DNA of 64,000 nucleotides from Chrysomallon squamiferum (lineage: Eukaryota; Animalia; Mollusca), in NCBI GenBank assembly GCA_012295275.1, contig CM022673.1, positions 11,594,001-11,658,000 on the forward strand, read 5' to 3'. The first letter of the stretch is position 1, and the number at the start of each line of letters is the position of its first letter. Both the position numbers and the translations under genes were made by a program. The notes below the pieces were generated by a model. It had not been told where the DNA came from. It saw nothing but the letters and a program-made list of their open reading frames with translations, and searched no databases. Shown in pieces: positions 40,086 to 54,700 of this stretch.

Positions 40086-41557
40086 AATAAACTAATAAAT
40101 AGCATAAAAATGTACTTAATAGCATTGTTTCAATGAAAGGTGATCAAGATAAAATAAATGGATTTTGCTTGGAATGTTTTCACAACTACAGTATCACAGA
40201 ATTTTGACTTTCATAATAAAACATTTCTTTTTATGTAAATCTATGAATAAAAAGCATCATCTAAGATTTTATTATTTATCTCTCAAAACACTGAATTAAA
40301 AAAACCAACATATTTATGATACTTTTAATGCAATTACCACTTACATTTCAAAAGGAAATAAATGAAAAAAATATTCGAAAAAAATGTGTTTAATACCAGT
40401 AAATTATGACATGATTGCAGATGAGCGTAAATTTTAATGAAGAAGGTTGATTCCTACATTTGACAGAGAAAGATCTAACAAAGAACAAGAATAAATAAAT
40501 AAAAATTGTGTAATTCTAAGGTATTTTCTTGTATATGACAAACAATTATATACTTTTATTTCATTGATCTCGTTTCATTGGTTTCATGGGTCCAAATGGG
40601 AAACGTTTGGTTTTGGTTTTACTGATGCATACTGGGATTGTTTATACTACTGTCTGGTGTGGAAGACAGTTTGTAGTATCAAGATTTTTTTTTTCTTTTT
40701 ATCCAAAACATGCAAAATCGTTAAACAAATCTTTGTTCATACCAAACAGCATGATATCAAATGTTTATGACACTGAATGTTCAGATGGTTTTTTTTGATA
40801 AAAATATGATAAAATAGATTTCAAAATAATGAGAATATTCAGATACCGAAATTACCTTTCTGCATAAAAAAAATATGACTTCTTAAAGGTTTTATTCAAA
40901 TTTAACATAAACTATAAAAAGTAGAATGCATTATTATAGATATAAATAATTATCATTATAATGCTGGTTATCTAAAATAAATTTTATATATCCAAATCTT
41001 TTAGACATATATATAAAAACACAAACATTATTTTACAAAAAAAAAAAAAAAAAAAAAAAACACAACATATTCTAAATAGAAAAACTGCTGCCACAGTAAA
41101 AGGTATGCACAATTAAAAACATTTACATATATGAAGCACCTAAAACAATATAAGAAAAAAAAAAGATAAAAAATAAAAAAGATTCATGTTTACAAGACAG
41201 TTATTTTGCATTAGAATGTCTGTTGAAAATATTCAAAATGATATTAAAATATTAAATAAATAAATAAATAAATAAATAGATAAATAAATAGATAAATAAA
41301 TAAATAAAATAAATAATATAATATAAAATAAAATAAAATAAATCTCAAAAATAGAACAATAAAAAATTTAATGATTAAAAAATAAATAAACTGACGTAAA
41401 AATAACATTTATAATAATTATACATTAAAAAAAGGAAAAAAACTGTAAAACATTGCAAATAAAGCATTATAAAAAAAAATTCACAAAATGAATGAGATTA
41501 ATTCACAAAACAGTAATATATAATGAGTCACATTAAATAATAACACAGAGACCACAA

Positions 41558-41593
<36 letters not shown>

Positions 41594-41660
41594 ATACACT
41601 AATGTTACAAATCTGCAAATAATTTACGTGATGGTCTCTCAAGACTCTTGTTAAATTCTT

Positions 41661-43022
41661 TTACGTGCTTTCAGGAAAGAGTTCATACATGAGACTCTTG
41701 TCTTTGTCAAGCCACTTGTTACACGGGAATGTTGTCGTTTTGTTCGTGGCCATGTTTGTGACATCCACGTGATCCAGGTACCAGGATGGTTTTAAACCAG
41801 TGTTGTCATGTTCGACTCTCATCTTTTTAAGTTCACCTTAAATAAAATAAAGTAAGAATTTAATCTACACTTGTATTGTGTCATACATAAAATTATGGTT
41901 AAGGACCAGTCTGATATCTAGAGAGGAAACCCAGAGCAGTTATGTGAAGATGTTGTCTTTCTGGATTAGCAGCAAGATACCACTTTTGCACCTACTCATG
42001 GGCAGTAAAGCTGTTACCAAGGCCTGTGATAAATAAGTTGTACTGATAAAGGGAAAGAGTCTAATGGAGGGTGTCTAAAAGAACTGATTAAAGTGACACA
42101 TCAAATGTCAGCCTCTTCTCTAAATACAAAATAATTATACAACCCACCTACACAGACAGACACAAACACACACAGATATGTATAACAAATAAAAAAAACA
42201 ATAAAAGAAAACAGTATTTGATATGAAATTGCTTTCCTTGATTATTTTTTTTTATCTCTTTAACGAATTCACTCAAAATATTGCAGCATGCAAAAATCAG
42301 ACATAAAATTAAACAACTGCAATAATATTAATAATATTTAAAAAATACACTGACATTATAAATAGAGACAAATATGCAGCAAGGTGTTTTTTTGTTTGCA
42401 TATTTTCTTGTAATATAAAACATGTACCATAGCCATTAATACACAACCCAGATTTCACTGATCAGAATGGGAGAATAATCTTAAAGAAAACTGATGACGT
42501 TTGATCATTAACTGTCTGAGAATACAGTCAGCATTTTATGTCCAGTTCTTGTGTACGACATACCTAAATCTAGAGCCTCTATTTGGAATTTGTCTTTCTG
42601 ATTTCTTCCAAAACTTCTCCAGTTTTGGTTCAGAGAACGTCTGCCAGTGTCACCATGTTCTCCGAATATTGTCACAGACACATTGGAACTTGTGGCTGCC
42701 CCCTTTTCATCTCCTGTGTGGAATGTCAGCTCATACTGGATAGATGCCAAGTCTGAAATGTCACATAAATAAATAAATAAATAAATTAATTAATTAACTG
42801 TTTACTTTAACTGGAAAGTAAGAAGACGAAGAAGAAGAAGAAATACTATAAACAAAATTACCACTCACAGAGACAAAAAAAAAAAAAAGAATAAAAAAAA
42901 GAAGAAGCAAAAAACAACCACAAAAATTAACAAGCAGTAACAAAAATCCCTGTTATTCCAATAATTTATTTCTAAAATGTGAATATCATTTAATTTATGT
43001 ATATCATAGTGTAATGGCATAT

Positions 43023-43054
<32 letters not shown>

Positions 43055-44639
43055 ACAACAAAACCCAATTTACTCCCAAAACACCTAAAACTAGGTTATT
43101 TGTTATAATTTTAATTTTAGTTGTAATTTCTGTCCATGCCTGTCTGTATGACTGTGTATATGTATGCAAGTTTACAATTTGTCTTCTGTATGTTTATTCA
43201 TTCTGAATGGTTTATTCCCTAGATATCTAATGCTGAGACCTCAACAAGACTACCTCAAGTGATGCATATTTATTTATTGAATGTTCTTCTGCTTTTTAAG
43301 AACCAAATATGACATTTTTAATACTAAATATCCATAAAAAAAAATAATAATAATAAAAATAAATAAATAAATAAATAAAATAATAATTATAATAATAATA
43401 AAAATAAAAACATTGCCCATGCATCTATAAAAAGAGATAAATGTAGATTTTTTTTTTTTTATATTTATAAATATTTTCTTACTCCTGTCTGAAGCAACAT
43501 GGCCAGGATCCATTGTTTTTACTTTAAGAACTTTTCCTTCTTGTTTGGAAATTTGTGGCAGAATAGGAATCCATGATTTGCATTCAAAAATGTACCTGTT
43601 AATTGAAATACATACATAAATGCATTAATACTGGCATGTGCACAAATACTTGTGCTAATATCTCACACTCAAGCTAACGCATCTACATGCGTTCATACAT
43701 TATCTCTGTCAGTCGTTCACTTTTTTTAAATATTTATATAAAACTTAATTTTACTGAATAATTCTCTCTGTTATTTTTATTCTTCTGTTTATTGCATTAC
43801 CAAGAGAAACCTGAAATACAGTTTTTAAAATATCACTTTCGTCTTATCAGCTCATTCATTCAAACTTATATTTATAATGAATAATCAGACACAAGACAGG
43901 TAACCGCTAATGTGAAGAAAAAGAAAAGTAAACTCACTTATCTCCCTTTAATGAGTCTGTGACAACAATGCTGTGACAGTGCCATTCAGCCACGCGACTT
44001 TGTAGATCTGTGTCAGGTGTGCCATCCCGTTTGACAGCTCCCACAATGCAGTTCTGAAGCTTTCCCAGAGGAAATGATTCCATTTTGAAAACATCGATTT
44101 GCCCTCTGAAAAAAAAAAAATAATAAAAAATTGGATTAATATTTGAATACAAATATGTCAAACCTGTAACCTCTGGATAAAGAATTAACATCAGAGGATT
44201 AGGTAATATATATATATATAAAAATGTTTGTAATATTAATATTAAAAACCCATCAAAAGAACAACAACAACAACTAAAATACTAAACAATGTTTATGTAT
44301 TAGTATATAATATAAAAAAATACTGTAAAGTTAAATATTATCATCTTGGTACTTGTATGTTTGTATGTAAAGTATGGTCTTACTGAAATTATCTTGTCAG
44401 CTAAATTCTAACATCAAATGATCTGACAGACTGAATCGAATGGTCATTTTGGACAAAGTGTTAGTTATATCGATATTTTTTTACATTTTACCTGCGGAGT
44501 ATTTTTTTTTGACTCAAGTTTTTCATACGAAAGATTTTTGATGTTTTCTTTGAACCCTCCAGAATTAACCAAGCATTGTGCACAGTACCTCCATCTTTTT
44601 TATCTGTTGTAGTTACTTCTATTTCATACACTGTGTACA

Positions 44640-44689
<50 letters not shown>

Positions 44690-47600
44690 ATATGAAGATG
44701 ATGATAAAAACAACAACAATGTTAAAAATACCTGTATTTAACAACAACACCACCACCAATACTGAGATGAATAAAGATGGATGCAAATAAAATTAAGGAC
44801 ATAGATACACAAATAACTATCAGTAACAAGTTATATTTTAATCTGCATGGAAAAGGTTGTCAACTTTAACAAGATAAGCCATTACAATTATTGCGTTACT
44901 CTTTTTTTAAATCCTAGATCTGTTCTTACGTACAACTAATATCTAAATATTTTCACATTTACCTGAAATCGTTGATATGTTTCTTATGTATGGTTAATTC
45001 ATGACTGTTTTCACACTTACCTATTTCCTCTTTGCCATCGAACACACCAGGTCTTGCTGGGTTTGCACAGGTGAGTTCTCGCACTATCTGTTTATCTCCA
45101 TCACTCTTCGACAGCCACTTGTCACAGATGAAGGTGTAGATTTTCTTAGTCTCCTGGTCCTCTACTTCAACTGAGTTCAAATGCCACGCAGCTCCCAGAC
45201 CTAGGAAGTAGGACAGATATTAAATTTGCTGGACGGTTTTGAGAAAAAGAAAAAGATGATGCAAAAGCAGAACATGATGACAGTGAAGAAGAAAAAAAAT
45301 CTGAAGATAAAATCTGAAGATAAAATCTGAAGATAAAATCTGAAGAATTTACTAACTACTGTTATTGCTAACCTTTGTTGTCATGCCAGATTCTGAGTTT
45401 TCTAAGCTCGCCAAGACTGAGCTGTCCTTTAATGAGGAACACGTCTGTCTGGTTTGTGTTGAACGGGCTCTTGTTCGATTCTGGTTTGTCCAGGTGAATT
45501 TCACCAGAGTCGCCGTTTGTCCCAAACATAACAATGTAAACATTGGCATCTGTGCCAGCATTTCGTATGTCTGATGTCTTAACAGTGATCTTGTAATTGG
45601 TTTCTGTGGGTTAGAAATATTGAAAATATTTACTGTTTCTTAAATGATGTCTAGAAAAATTCCAGAATTATTTTTTTTTATATATTTTTTTTTTTTTTTT
45701 GGAAGTAAAAATAGTAGAACATTTATTATTTATTAGACAATGCCTTGGAATACTTCATAAATAGTTTTCTTCATTTTCACTTTAGCTTTAATCTTTCTTT
45801 TCTTTTTTAAGAATGAATGATTACTAGATAGTAACTGCGTGACACCATTACTGTCGAAAATCAGCTGCACCTGATATTTAGATTTTAATCAGTTTCTATG
45901 GAACATTAATTTTGTTTTCAAATAAGAGCAAAATAATGCAAACGAGGCTGCTATTGATTACAAGGACTATATCCATTATAACAATGATTATTACAACAAC
46001 TACTACTGCAACAAACATTACAAGAATTACTATCCAAGTATCATTGTTTTTAACATTTATTTCTCTATCACTTCAGTTACCCTATAAATATTTTTATTTT
46101 TATCATAACTATAACTAAAACCATCACCACTACCACCACCACTACCACCACTACTACCACCACTACCACCACCACCACTACCACCACCACCACCACCACT
46201 ACCACCACCACTATCACCACTACCACCACCACCACCACTACTTCCACCATCCACCACCACTCCACCACACTACTACCACTACCACCACCACTACCACCCA
46301 CCACCACTACCACCACCACCACTACCACCACCACCACCACCACCACCACCACCACCCACCACCACCACCACCACCACCACCACTACCACCACCACACTAC
46401 CACCACCACTACCACCACCACCACCACCACCACTACCACCACACTACCACCACCACCACTACTACCACCACTACCACCACTATCACCACCACCCACCACC
46501 ATACTACCACCACCACTACCACCACTACTACCACCACCACCACCACCACCACTACCACCACCACCACCACCACCACCACCACCACCACCACCACCACCAC
46601 TACCACCACCACCACCACCACTACCACCACCACTACTACCACCACTACTACCACCACTACCACCACCACCACCACCACCACCACCACTACCACCACCACT
46701 ACCACCACCACTACCACCACCACTACCACCACCACTACCACCACCACCACCACCACCACTACCACCACTACCACCACCACTACTACCACCACTATCACCA
46801 CTACCACCACCACTACTACCACCACTACCACCACCACTACTACCACCACTACTACTACCATCACTACTACCACCACTACTACCATGACTACCACCACCAT
46901 TACCAGTATCACTATCATTACTATTACCATTACCACCACCATTACCACTGATTTTTATAAACTCACTCGTGATTGCACTTTTTCCTCGGACCATTGCAGG
47001 CAAATCGACAGACAAGCGTCCATCACCTTGACCTTGGGTTTTCCCCAGCCAGTCACTGTAGTGGAATGATGATAATGAGCCAGTTGACATATTACGTAAC
47101 TCCACCTACAAATAATCAAATATTTACACCATTTGGCTTCATTATTAAGATTTAAGATTAAACAATAGTGAAAAACAAACAAAAAGAACAATAAAAAAAC
47201 AAAAACAAATAAACAAACCAAAAATATTAGTAATAAAAATAAATAAAAACATTAAAAGAAAATTTAAAAAGAAAATAGAAAAAAAAAAATTAACAAATTC
47301 ATTACTTTTTACTTAACTACAATTTTAAAATAACACTTTTATCAAAAATTATTTATCATATGACTTAAAAAATGAAAACTTTTTTTCAGTCCAAGTCTAT
47401 TTTTCTAGTCATGAAATAACTCACTACGACATTTGAAACATTTATCAAAAGAGCTCTGGTTGGATTGGGAAATAACTCAATAAGCAATAGGAAGAAATGA
47501 AACAGTAACACATCACATATAAGATGAGTGCTAAATGCTTGAGTACTAACTTATAGCCAGATCCCAGTATTACTAGAACAACAATACCACTATCACTATC

Positions 47601-50600
47601 ACCAACAGCATCAACAACAACAACAGTCTTACTTTTTCCAAATACCAGGATGATCGGGTTCCCTTTCCATCAATAGCCATTCTGATCTTCTTCGGATGTC
47701 CCACATCATCCAGCTCCAGCTAGATTGCAATAAAATATTAATATTAATTACATTTTACTCTCATGTCAGAAATTTAAATTAAAAAGGAAATATGGATTAG
47801 GTTTTTAAAAGAGTCTTATATACCACAACAAAATAAAATTTAAAATTGCATTATATATATATATATATATAAACACACACACACACAAACTCACTTACTC
47901 ACTCACTCACTCACACAAGCACACATTTATTCAAGTAGTGATAACATACCCTTAATGTGTCAATCTTTGCTCTTTCAAATCTGTCTTCAGTTTTTGGCAG
48001 TTCAGTGGGCGATGTTGAACCAGAGGATCCGAAAAGTGTCATGGTGATTCTGCTGTCAGTTCCCCCATCTGGAACATCTCCAGTGTACACAGTTACTTCA
48101 TATGGAATCACTGAAAAAATAAAACATGTTAGCTATCTTAATAAATGTACCCTTGTGGATGAGCAGCTTCTGTGTGTTCAGTCAATATGTGACTGAAATA
48201 TGCATGGTGTTTTGATTGAATAAAATACAGTGCATTATTATATATTTTTTAAAATGAAAATTTAGCTAAAATAAAAATGGTTTGGCCTTCTGTACTAATA
48301 TTGCTTTTACTTTTTGCATGATTTTTACAGAATTTTGTTCACATACTACTGGTGACTACTAGTGTACCCTGTTAGGGCACACAAGCACAGTCTGAAAAAC
48401 TCTAAGGTACAATCCAGTCTACTAGAATATCTGATTCTTTTCAACTGAAGAAAACTGCAAATAGCAGAATAATCTGTAGATGGAAGTTAGATATACTTAC
48501 ATGGAGTAAATGAAACAACAGAGCTTGATCCATCATCTACACTGAATATTCTTACAGTCTGGCCATCAGATTTGTCCCGTGCCAACCACTGCTCACATTT
48601 GAAATGATAGTGTTTGCCTTTTGTAGGCAGATGTACTTCCATTTCTTTCAAAAACCAGCCAGTACCAGGAGCTGTTCCATCATGTCCTATCTGTAATAAT
48701 AACAATAATAACAATAATAATAATAATAATATTCACAACAAAACTACAAACACTAATGTAAAAAAAAAAAAAAAAAAAAATAAAAAGAGACCCCTGCAAA
48801 AAAAAACCTCCCCAAAACCTCCAAAACATATCAAGAAAACTATAACTTTAATTAATTAGTTATTTTTTTATTAAAATATTTCTACACATACATTAATCTG
48901 TCTGTCTGTATGACAAGGCATGTTACTGCATACAAATCTAGATAACAGGAAGATAACTCCTGTAAAATAATAGCTCTCCAAAATAATGAGTTATCCAGAA
49001 ACGGGACAACCAGAGAAAATACTATTTTTAATCTTTACACTTATCAATTAGCATCTCTCATTTTGAAAAAAAAAAAATAAATAAAAAAAAAAAAAAATAA
49101 TAATAACAAAATAAAAATAGTAACAACATAGTTGATTGCTTAAAAAGCTTATTTCTTACATGAAATTTCTCATGTATAAATAAAATTCTGAATAACAATT
49201 ACCTCAACTTTCTTCACTTCGCCAACATCAAAGGCTTCAATGGAGAAACACTCTACTGATCCAGGTGTGAATTTATCTTTCTGTGCAAGCAGCAGAGATA
49301 TTTTTCCTGTATGAACTCGTTTGGGCCCGATGATTTTGATCCACACGTTGCTGTCGGTACCGTTGTCCTCTCCATCACCTGTTGTCAGTTTTATAGTGTA
49401 TGGGACAGCTGGAAAAAAAACCCAGTGAAGTTTTGTTCATTTACATAACTGATGTAATTGCCATGTTATTTGTTATATTAATTGTTATGTTATGTCTTAT
49501 ATTAGCTGTTATAGATAGCTATCATATCTCTGCTAGTCAAAAATCAATATAGATATTTTATAAATTTAAAAAAATTGTAATTTTCTTCTCAAACAGTATC
49601 AAAATGCATTTAGAAATATATATATATATGCTAAAAGAAAATATGTATATGAATAAGGCAGATGTGACTATTCCTCCCAAAACCAACTAGATTTACATAA
49701 TTTGCTGACAAATCTTTCTAAGAAAATGAGCTGCAAAATTTTTATTTAAGTTGCAGTATTACAGCAATGACAGTCGAAGTTACTGCAACTTTGCAATAAT
49801 TCAATATCATTACTATTACTATTACTACTATTATTATTATTCTTATTATTATTTAATACATTTCCATATTTAAAACAATATCAGGAAAAAAACTGACTCC
49901 ATACATTTATATATACTTTCTTCCTTTTTTTAATCTGGTCATAACTTCATTGTTAGCCAAAGTTTGGAGTCTTTTGCAATTTGTTTTTTACCATTACAAG
50001 TACACTGTGGTGAAAACTACTTACTTGGACCTTCTGGTACTCGTTCAAGGGAAAGAGATGACCGCTTGACCCTCGGGCTTTTCGAGAATGGGTCACTTGA
50101 CTGGTAGGAGTCAATGCTGGACATTGAGCCAAAAGCAGTTGAACGAAGAGTGCCTGTACTTGACATTTCACCATCATATCCCTTTAACACAATAAATAAA
50201 TAAATAAATAAATAAAAGAGTAAAAATTAAAAATTAAAAATCAAAAACAAATAATTACAAATCAGACTGATCACAAAGAATAAATAGTAAAAAATGAATT
50301 ACACTAAATCAGTAACTGAATAAAAATAAATTACTGTTAATTAATTTTTTTTTAAAAGATGCACATTTTTAATGGATCCTAATAGGATACATTTAAATGT
50401 CTTTATATAAAATGCCCCTACAACTTTGTCATATTTTTTATGTTTTCAAAGTAAGTTTGCCAAACTTAAAATATTTTATAAAATAAAATATAAATAATAT
50501 TAAAAAAAACTATAAATAAAATTAAACATAACAATCTAAAAGACACTATTTTTTTTCCTGTTTGTATTGATATTTTTGCCAAAATAAACTACACACAGAC

Positions 50601-50867
50601 ACATATATATTTCAAAAATAAAATTCAAAATAAAAAATAAATTTAGATGAACCTTAATATAAAGTGTTCGTTCTATTTTGCCATCTTCCTTGTTTTTCGC
50701 CAGCCATCGCTCGCAGTGGAAGATGTACTTGTTCTTGCCTGGCTCTTCTATTTCTATGCGGTCCAGCTTCCACGCAGGGTTAAGCATTGCGTTGTCATGA
50801 CGAACCTTCACCTTGTAAATGTCTCCCAAGTCTGCAGCTTCCACAGTAAATATGTCAGTCTGTGAAC

Positions 50868-50905
<38 letters not shown>

Positions 50906-51752
50906 TAATAATAATAATAATAACAACAATAACAATGACAATAATAATAAGTAAAAAAATAATAATAGTAGTAATAATAATAGTAATAATAACAATAATG
51001 ATAATAATAATAATAATTAAATAATAATGATAATAACTTTACCAAAAAAATTGAATAATAATGATGATGATAATAATAAAATGATAATAATGATAATAAT
51101 AATAAAAAATAATTATGATAATAATAATGATAACGATGATGATACTAATGAGACTTTTAACCAGGAAGATGATAATAACATTGACAATAATGATGATGAT
51201 GGTTAAAGATTATAATAGTAATAAGAGTAACAAATAATAATCATTTTAATATTTACACTCCATTCACACACACATAAAAGTACAACTCCATTCACACACA
51301 CACACACACAAAAGTACAATTCCATTTACACACACACACACACACAAAAAAGTATTATATATCCTTACATGGCCTTTCTCAAACTTGTCTCTGTGTGTCT
51401 CTGATTCGGACAGCTTTCTCTCCCCAGTGTCTCCCTTGTTTCCAAATATTGTGAGAAAAACATTAGCGTCTGTCCCAGCCCCAGACACATTGGCAGTGAC
51501 CACATGCACTTTGTACTTCTTCACTGAAATTGTGAACAAAACAGTGAGCATGTACCAAACACTGTGTGTGTTTGAGCTAAGTTCACACAAAACAATGCTT
51601 TATTTTTACAAACTGTTTATCAAATATATGTTTTGTTTTGTTTGGGAAGATGAAAAAAAACAATGAAATAAATAAGTAAGTAAAAAAAAAAAAAAATAAA
51701 AAAAAAATAAGTAAGTAAAAAAAAAAAAAAATAAAAAAAATAAATAAATAAG

Positions 51753-51784
<32 letters not shown>

Positions 51785-54700
51785 AACCCTCCTCAAAATA
51801 ATAATTAATTAATCATAAAAAAAAGGAAAAAAGACACATATAATTTTTAAAAAAAAGAAATAATAAAAATGTAGCCTTAACTCATAATAAGTGGAATAAT
51901 GTCAATTATTTGTCTGTTTGTTTTCTTGGAGGTTGGTCAAGTCTGTTTTTTACCTTCCAGTTTGTCTTTGATCTTCTGGTTAAGTTTCTTCACCTCTCCG
52001 TCTTTCTGTATAATTTCTTTCTCTGCTTTGACAGGAACAAGTTCTCGGATAATTGAGTTGTCATCTTCGTCAGCCGCCAGCCATCGCTCACATGGAAATG
52101 TGTAGGTTGTTGAACCCTGAAATGCCGATACAGACATTATAACAATAATTGTTTTAAATTTTTATTTTCAAACTCATGCAACCCAATTTTAAAATAATCA
52201 AATAAATAAATAATTAATAAAATTTCAAAACCAATGTTGATTTCAGAACATGAAAAAATAAATATGTTTCTAAATAAATTGTAAATAAAAAAAAAAAAGA
52301 AAAGAAAGAGGATAGTAAAATGAATTAAATTTGAAAATAATCATACCAAACATTAAATACATTTTAAATAAAATCTTAAAACTGGAAAAACTCCACCTAT
52401 AAATATATAAATAAAAATACATAAATAAACAATAATATTATTTATATTTCATAAAATTTTTAAAATATCATTATAATAATTATTACCACTGGTTTATACT
52501 TACATGTACCGGCTGTACATAAATTGTACAGATGAATGCACACACAGGCAAGGGCAGAATCAGAAGATTAAAAAAAAAAAAGAACAGATTGAAACACAGA
52601 GTTTTTGATTTGCAAAAAACCAGACATATTTTGATTCTTAAACAAAGAAAAAAAATGGAAAAAGATTATTAAAGAAAATTAAAATGAATTATCTGTTAAC
52701 AAAAGCTAAGTCAGATGAGGATCCAGAATGATTTTATGAAGCAGGGGTCAGAGTGGAGTCAGAACTCTCAGTGCAAAAGGACATTTCAGTTTAAATTTTT
52801 ACTTTTTTTTTTGAGCATCTTTCCTTAAAAACAATAAGCCATCTTTAATTTATTTTCAGTATCAAAAGTCTATGTATTGACCATTTTGTTTTTTAGGTGT
52901 TTTTTATACTGGCAACTCTCCCATCCCATTTTGTTTTTTAGCTGTTTTTTTATACTGGTAACTCTCCCATCAACAGAAAAGGCTGACATCCCCTCTATAT
53001 TAATTGCTGGATCCTCCTCTGTACATGTCCACTATACTATACATATTATTAACAAAAGCAAAGAATATAGAATGTTAAGAAAAACAAACAGTGCTGAGTA
53101 TTAAAATATGAGAACATAAAGTCAAAAATATGAATACAGTTTTAGAATAACTAGTAAATTATACTAAAATTTACTTAGATTTCTAATCTGTTGTAAGTAT
53201 AAAGTAACTAAAAAGACTAAATCTAGAGTTAAAATTGAAATTCATACTTTAAATATGAAGTTATTAAGAAATAATGAAACAATAATGGAAGAATTTAAAA
53301 CACTATAAAGGAAAAACAGAAGATTTTTCACAAATTAAAAGAAAATAATAACTACTGACATACTGAATTTATGGTTTATTAATTTACGAGAGAGAGAAGA
53401 CAGATTTTGCTATGGATATTAAAATTATTATTAAACTTTTTTCTGTTCCTGAGGTTGGCAACATTTATAGCTGGGAGATGTTAAAAAAAAATTATAAAGA
53501 AAAAACAGAAGTTATTTCATAAATTAAAATGTAATGAAGTTTTGGTTTATTAATTTATGAGAGAAAGAACACAGATTTTACTGTGAATATTAAACTTTTT
53601 GGCAACATTTATAGTTGGGTAGTGAGTAGAATGGAGAAATAATAACCATAATTTCCTAATCTACAGTCTTCAGTATTTAATGTTTTAAAGTAATCAGTTC
53701 ATGAAGTAATCTGAGGTAAGTAAAAGCTCCTGTTGGCAGCTTTGTTATCACTGGGGACTGTATGATCATGTGACATAACAAACTGCTGCCTAGGGTTTAC
53801 AGGACAAGACCTGAGATAACTGCTAGTGAATCAATGAATACATATACATTTCATTTACGTAAAAATATTTTGTTACTAATATACGTAATTTTTCAGATAT
53901 AAATTTTTTGTAATATGAAAATAAAAGACAGGTAATAGACTTTCCAATGGGTAGGAGAGCATGACATTTTATAAATTAATTGTAAACATTTGCCAAAAAA
54001 AAAAAATAATAAAATAATAAAATAAAATAAAATAAAATAAAATAAAATAAAATAATAAAATAAAATAAAATAAAAAAATAAAATAAAATAAAATAAAATA
54101 ATAAAATAAAATAATAAAATAAAATAAAATAATAAAATAAAATAAAATAAAATAAAATAAAATAAAATAAAATAATAAAATAAAAAAAATAAAATAAAAT
54201 AAAATAAAATAAAATAAAATAAAATAAAATAAAATAAAATAAAGTAAAATAAAATAAAGTAAAATAAAATAATATAAATAAAACAAATAAAAAAGAAATA
54301 GCCTAAAAGTCCACCAAGGAGGATTGACCCTGCAATGTATCACACTTCATAAGTAGTTTTTTCATGTCTTGTGTGAACTCTCTAGACACCACATCTATCC
54401 CTTTAATATCACAAAGCTTTAATTTGAGAGATTTATTTAACAGTTAAATATTTATTCTAATATACTGCTGGATAACTGCAGGCATTAGATAACAGTAGGA
54501 CAGCATTTTATTGGATATAATAGATATTCAAGCTATAAGCACTGTTATTAATTGCAAAAACATGTTAATGCTATGATATTTTATAATGATTAGCATATAT
54601 GAATACATTTGTAGAATGCAACAAACAGTTTATACCTTGCCAGATTCGTGCAGTTTTCTGACTTCCACTTTATGTAGATGCCAGCCTGCACCAAAGCCTG

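Noticed and set aside
46057-46948. Poly-Gly and poly-Val ORFs as a glycine-rich structural (shell or cuticle) protein gene
   Set aside because: They are translations of an intronic (ACC)n repeat that lies between a good donor (46966) and acceptor (45604) of LOXHD1.
52940-53035. Possible extra LOXHD1 exon in the 2.5-kb intron
   Set aside because: The flanking exons (54636 and 52116) already join in phase 0 to complete the PLAT repeat. The segment overlaps a local tandem duplication and has no clear donor.
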